NCBI GenBank assembly: GCA_039799905.1
Contig: JBDLRP010000026.1
Location: 1 to 64,000, forward strand
Length of the DNA: 64,000 nucleotides
Direction: 5' to 3'
Source: Pseudomonadota bacterium
GTDB lineage: Bacteria; Bdellovibrionota_B; Oligoflexia; Silvanigrellales; Silvanigrellaceae
The position numbers were made by a program, and so were the translations under genes. The notes beneath the pieces were generated by a model that was given only the letters and a program-made list of their open reading frames with translations, ran no database searches and was not told where the DNA came from. Of this stretch, positions 59,500 to 64,000 are shown piece by piece; position 1 is the stretch's first letter; each line of letters begins with the position of its first letter.

Positions 59500-60021
59500 T
59501 TGAAAGTACAGACATCTCGTTTTGGCGAAATTGAAGTCGATGATGCCGACGTCATCACGCTTCCCGAGGGATTGGTCGGCTTTCCCGAGCTAGTGCGCTA
59601 TGTGCTGCTTGACCATGACGCTGATTCGCCCTTCAAGTGGCTGCAGTCGCTCGACGACGGAACCATGGCGTTTGTTGTGATCAGCCCGCTGACCTTCCGC
59701 CCCGACTACACCGTAGAGGTGACTGAAGAGGAAATTTCAATCCTCAAACTGCAATCACCCGATGACGCTGTCATTTCCGTGATTGTCACCATCCCTTCTG
59801 ACCCGAAGAAGATGAGCGCAAACCTCAAGGCTCCTCTGGTATTCAACCTGAAGAACCGCACCGGTAAGCAAGTCATCGTCAAGGATGCTCAATACCAAAC
59901 AAAGCACTTCATCATGGAAGAAATCAAGAAGTACGCAAAGAAGGACCTGCAGTCCGAAATCAAGAAAGCGGCACAGCAGCAGGCCGGCGAGGAAAGCAGC
60001 AAGAGCACAGCGAAGGGTTGA
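59500..60021 (+). CDS. fliW: Flagellar assembly factor FliW (CsrA antagonist)
   Basis: TSRFGEIEV, GLVGFP, FKWLQS, SANLKAPLVFN and YQTKH motifs; RBS GGAGG. Confidence 0.95.
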   Translation: MKVQTSRFGEIEVDDADVITLPEGLVGFPELVRYVLLDHDADSPFKWLQSLDDGTMAFVVISPLTFRPDYTVEVTEEEISILKLQSPDDAVISVIVTIPSDPKKMSANLKAPLVFNLKNRTGKQVIVKDAQYQTKHFIMEEIKKYAKKDLQSEIKKAAQQQAGEESSKSTAKG

Positions 60022-60024
60022 TCT

Positions 60025-60930
60025 TTATCGATCGCCCATGAGTTCTGCCACCCACCCCTCATTGAGCGGGCACTGAACCTGAGTTGTCTCATCGAATCTG
60101 TCGGCCGAGTTATACTCGGCCACTTTGTTTTTCAGAGTGGACAACACATCCCAATTCACTTCTTCCAATTCGTCGGCTTTGGCCTTGAGCTGGTTTTGGA
60201 TCTGCACACGGGCTTTGTCACTTCCCCAGCCGTCGGCGGAAACCTTTCGGAAACTTGAAAATGACGCCAGCGATATCGAACACATCGCGTTGGTCAGCGC
60301 CCCTTTCGCTGTGCCTTTCAAAGGGCCAACAGCGCTGTAGAGAAAACATGTTCCAGGGAGAGCGGACAATGCAAATGATTCAAAGTGCCGAAAGGTTTCG
60401 CTCCTCGATAATTCCATTCCGAGATTTCTGACATCAATAAAATTGTTGTTAATTTTCCTGGTCTTTGACTTATCCATAAAAAGCTTGCGCAAACCCTCGC
60501 CGTCCAAACGGACGTACACAGGAGTTTCCGCGTAGTACCAACATTGAAAGAGTGGCGAATTCAGAGGGTCGAGTTTACTAACCGGCATCGGTTTGCGGCC
60601 CACAAGCGGTGCAACTGTCGGAACAGCCGAAGCGTCGGCCACCTGTGGATCCGCGTTTCCTTGTCTTGCGGACGGTGTTGCGAATGGGTCAAATGCCATG
60701 CCGCCCGTGGAGCTCCCAAACGCATTGGGAGCCTGCGCAAAAAGAGCGGGACTGTCGGTCGTCAGTGCCCACATGTAGCCCCGGACGTTGTTGCCAAACA
60801 GGCGCTTGCTCGCTGCTGAGATGGCATCCAACTCAGATTCTTCAGAGCTTTTCCCGCGCGGCCAGCAAGCAGATGTTGTAAGAATTACGGGAAGTAGCAT
60901 CCAAACTGCAGTTATTGTTGAAATACGCAT
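60025..60930 (-). CDS. Hypothetical lipoprotein
   Basis: RBS GGAG; lipobox TSAC. Confidence 0.72.
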   Translation of the reverse strand: MRISTITAVWMLLPVILTTSACWPRGKSSEESELDAISAASKRLFGNNVRGYMWALTTDSPALFAQAPNAFGSSTGGMAFDPFATPSARQGNADPQVADASAVPTVAPLVGRKPMPVSKLDPLNSPLFQCWYYAETPVYVRLDGEGLRKLFMDKSKTRKINNNFIDVRNLGMELSRSETFRHFESFALSALPGTCFLYSAVGPLKGTAKGALTNAMCSISLASFSSFRKVSADGWGSDKARVQIQNQLKAKADELEEVNWDVLSTLKNKVAEYNSADRFDETTQVQCPLNEGWVAELMGDR

Positions 60931-61045
60931 ACCCGCTCCCTGCCGGCAAACTTTTACCTTTTTCGTTTTTTTTTGCACAAACTTGAGTTCTTCGAATTTC
61001 TTCCGATTGTTATTGGGAGCTTGCAGTAGCAGGAGGGATCGGGGG

Positions 61046-63127
61046 TTGAGCGCAGAGCTCGGGCAAAAAGATGAACGCTACACAATCGAAGCGCGCATAG
61101 GATCGGGAGCAATGGCAACGGTATACCGTGCCTACGATCAGCGCTTGCAGCGGATTGTTGCGCTCAAAATCCTCCATGAACATCTCGCAACAAACTCAGA
61201 ACTCCGCCTGCGCTTCGAGCAGGAGGCGAAACTCGCAGCGCGCATCGACCATCCAAATGTCGTGCGTATTTACGACATCGGTCTAAACGCGCAAGAACAG
61301 CTCTTCATCATCAGCGAATTTATCGACGGCAAGAGCCTGACTCTTGCCTCGCGGCAATATTCAAACCGGGCAAGCCCATTTCTCAATCCAATATTGTCTG
61401 CTCTTGTCGCGCACGAGATTGCACGCGGAATTGATGCCGCACACCGGCATTCAGTGGTGCACCGTGATTTGAAGCCCGACAACGTGCTTGTCTCGAACAA
61501 AGGAGAGGTCAAGCTTACAGACTTTGGCGTCGCACGCCCGTTCGATTCTTCGATGACTCAGGCGGGACAGTTCATCGGCTCACTGACCTACGCCTCACCC
61601 GAACAGGTGCATGGCGGAAAAATCGACTCGCGCAGCGATATCTTTTCATTTGGTGTCATACTGTTTGAATTGTTGACCGGAAGAACACCTTTTCGTGCAA
61701 CAAACCCGACTGACCTTGCGATAAAAATCAGTCAGGCTGAAGTGCCTCCGCTGAATCAGATTCGCACATCCATTCCATTTGAACTGGACGCCATCGTTAG
61801 AAAATGTTTGCGCGCAGACCCTTCAGAACGTCCGCAGACAGCCGAACAGATTGTCCGCGAAATCTATGTTTATCTTGCCAGGAACGAAGTGCTTCCCTCC
61901 GCTCAGGCAATTCATGACGGCTTTGCAAATCCGTTGCTGTTCTCTTCTACAATACGCCGATCGCCCATCAATAATGAAACTGAAGATACACAGACGAAAA
62001 TCGCGGAAGTGATCGAGATCAAAAGTGAGCTACGCCAAGAACCGGATCCTGTGAAAACCGAACAGCAGCCTGCCGAGGCACCCGTTAAGCCAAGAGCGGT
62101 TGAAACAGCCACCACAGGCGAAGTGCGCAAACCGATTCCTCAGCCTATTCAGAGCGATCGACTGAAACGCGAGCTGAACAAAAGACACGGCAACCCATTG
62201 CTGCGTAAAAAACAAGACAACAGCCTTCCTTGGTTTTCAAGCTTTCTGCTGCTTGCCGCGCTCCTGACAGCTGCGGCGATCTATGTCCGAGAGAGGGATG
62301 GCAACGACTTTCAACAAAAAAACGTGGCGGTGAGACCGACGGTTCAACCAACCTCACAACCCACTCCTCAGCCTACTGCTTCCGCGACGATGCAACCCAC
62401 TCCTGCACCGACACGATCGCCGGCGTCTCAGCGGACACCAGAACCCAAGGCGACGCAACAGGCACAAAAATCTCCTGCACCGGCGGCAACGCCCGCGCGC
62501 AAAACTCCTGCGCCGACCGCGCAGAAAGTGAAAACGCCGCAACCTGCAAACAACAAACAGGTTAAAGAGCCTACGAAACAAAAGCCTGTGGTGAGTGTTC
62601 AGCCGGCAGTCAAAGCAGCCGAGCCGAAGGCTAAAAATGGCGAGTCGGCAAAGGCCAATCTGCAAATCCAGACATCACCGGGTCCGCGGACAATCGAGCT
62701 CATCCGCAATCGGCGTAAAGAATTCCTAGGACTGAGTCCGGCCGGCAACGCGCCGCGGGTGTTCAACGGACTTGAACCGGGTTTGGTCACCTTGAATATT
62801 CCCACCGAAGAAGTGGACGGAATGAAATTCGAAGGTTTCCAAAAGCAAATTCGTCTGGAGGCCGGCAAACAATTCACACTTCCGCCGATGACCCTGCGGC
62901 AACTCAAAACGGTCTCCGTTATGTGTCCGCCCGACGTGCGGCTTGTGAGATTGAATGGAAGGAAAATCAATCATCGCGGTGGCGTTTTCGCGTTCGAAAC
63001 TCCCGTAGGCGCCGCCGCGGAAATTGAAGCCACGGGCAGAACGACCGAACGCGCCAAAGCAAAGTTTGACATTCGTGACGAGACGCAACAACTGCCTTGT
63101 CCCGTTGAATCGAAGAAGGATAGATAG
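61046..63127 (+). CDS. Membrane Hanks-type Ser/Thr protein kinase with Pro/Thr-rich extracytoplasmic region
   Basis: RBS AGGAGG before TTG; GSGAMATVY, VALK, HRDLKPDN, DFG and YASPEQ motifs; central TM. Confidence 0.92.
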   Translation: MSAELGQKDERYTIEARIGSGAMATVYRAYDQRLQRIVALKILHEHLATNSELRLRFEQEAKLAARIDHPNVVRIYDIGLNAQEQLFIISEFIDGKSLTLASRQYSNRASPFLNPILSALVAHEIARGIDAAHRHSVVHRDLKPDNVLVSNKGEVKLTDFGVARPFDSSMTQAGQFIGSLTYASPEQVHGGKIDSRSDIFSFGVILFELLTGRTPFRATNPTDLAIKISQAEVPPLNQIRTSIPFELDAIVRKCLRADPSERPQTAEQIVREIYVYLARNEVLPSAQAIHDGFANPLLFSSTIRRSPINNETEDTQTKIAEVIEIKSELRQEPDPVKTEQQPAEAPVKPRAVETATTGEVRKPIPQPIQSDRLKRELNKRHGNPLLRKKQDNSLPWFSSFLLLAALLTAAAIYVRERDGNDFQQKNVAVRPTVQPTSQPTPQPTASATMQPTPAPTRSPASQRTPEPKATQQAQKSPAPAATPARKTPAPTAQKVKTPQPANNKQVKEPTKQKPVVSVQPAVKAAEPKAKNGESAKANLQIQTSPGPRTIELIRNRRKEFLGLSPAGNAPRVFNGLEPGLVTLNIPTEEVDGMKFEGFQKQIRLEAGKQFTLPPMTLRQLKTVSVMCPPDVRLVRLNGRKINHRGGVFAFETPVGAAAEIEATGRTTERAKAKFDIRDETQQLPCPVESKKDR

Positions 63128-63137
63128 TTTGAACCCA

Positions 63138-64000
63138 ATGGTTGATACATCAAGTAGAGCATCACACGCTGTGCACGCTGCTGCACAGCGTGTGATGCTC
63201 TACTTGATGTTGATACTGATAAGCTTGCTTATTTCAGTTCCAGCACTCGCAAATTCTCTGCGCAACGCAAGAAGCTCGTTTGCACAGGGTGATTTTCCAA
63301 CGGTTGTCAAAGCTCTCGAACCCGAACTTTTCCCGAAGGCGCGCCTGCGCGGAAAAGAACTCGAAGAAGCAAGAAACATATATGGCATCACGCAATTCAT
63401 GCTCGGCAACAAGGTCAAGGCCGAGTCGGTGTTCAAACAAATAATTGCCGCAAATTCTGCTGCCAGACTCGATAGAAGATACCTGCTCGATCCGGCTGCC
63501 GAGCCCTTTTTTGAAGGCCTCAAAAAGAAAAAAAGCAACAGCACTACTGCTCCGCGTGCGCCGGCTGCAAACAAAAAAACTGCGCAACCAGCGCCAGCAC
63601 CCGCACAGAGCAGCCCGTCACGCGGACGCCCGACTCCGCCTCCCGAGGTCGCCCGTCCGCGTCAAGAGAGCCCTCGGCCAGAGGGAAATGCGGCGTTTAC
63701 AGGTTTGCAGGTGACCGTGAACGCACCGCGTGCGACCCTATTCGCCGACGGCATCTTCATTGGTGCGCCAGGACAGAAAATTAGCATGGATGCAGGCACG
63801 CACCTTATCTCAGCCAGTGCCGAAGGTTACGTCACCGAAGAACGTAAAGTTCGCATCGACAAAGGCAAAACGCTGCAGCTCAATTTCAACTTGAAAAAAA
63901 TCGGCGCAGCCCCGCCGCAATCTGCCGCAAGGCCCGCTTCAACAGGAGCTGTTGCACAAAACAAACCGAGCAAGAGCGGCGGATTGGAATCGAATCAGCC
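63138..64000 (+). CDS. TPR-like plus PEGA-domain exported protein (3'-truncated)
   Basis: Manual translation of a frame open to the window end: signal peptide, helical repeat, then LQVTVNAPRATLFADGIFIG...GTHLISASAEGY. Confidence 0.75.
   Translation, partial: MVDTSSRASHAVHAAAQRVMLYLMLILISLLISVPALANSLRNARSSFAQGDFPTVVKALEPELFPKARLRGKELEEARNIYGITQFMLGNKVKAESVFKQIIAANSAARLDRRYLLDPAAEPFFEGLKKKKSNSTTAPRAPAANKKTAQPAPAPAQSSPSRGRPTPPPEVARPRQESPRPEGNAAFTGLQVTVNAPRATLFADGIFIGAPGQKISMDAGTHLISASAEGYVTEERKVRIDKGKTLQLNFNLKKIGAAPPQSAARPASTGAVAQNKPSKSGGLESNQ

Noticed and set aside
1..64000. CRISPR array, rRNA, intact integrase or prophage
   Set aside because: No regularly spaced repeats, rRNA-like sequence or recognisable integrase/phage motifs were seen

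Overview
Mostly core chromosome of a Gram-negative bacterium, probably Bdellovibrionota/Oligoflexia-like. This placement is inferred from the deltaproteobacterial-type T2SS, FliW, a Ser/Thr kinase-PEGA pair, and many lipoproteins and trypsin-like proteases. From the left: an NMT1/ThiY-type ABC transporter, a VanX-like lipoprotein and a membrane PP2C. Next is a visibly AT-richer accessory zone (~5.9-17 kb) with secreted lipoproteins (two trypsin-like proteases, a polysaccharide-lyase-like protein, a tri-heme cytochrome c), decayed HipA and IS91-family remnants, and a repeated palindromic motif. Then secA, comM/yifB, cheY and a ubiB-yceI-HIT-crtD-like-SET cluster. A sigma28-preceded operon follows, encoding a di-heme DUF1592/1588/1585-like lipoprotein, a lipoprotein and a Tat-exported DUF1501-like protein. 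After tRNA-Val and ubiE comes a T2SS cluster with two tandem gspC paralogs, an atypical GspI cleavage site and no adjacent gspLMN. The right end holds a giant coiled-coil chemoreceptor, a degenerate sigma54 activator, a DsbA-like protein, tRNA(CAT), NUDIX, dapA, an adenylate-kinase-like protein, fliW, and a Ser/Thr kinase with a PEGA protein. No CRISPR array, rRNA or intact integrase was seen. All family assignments come from motifs read by eye; no searches were run.
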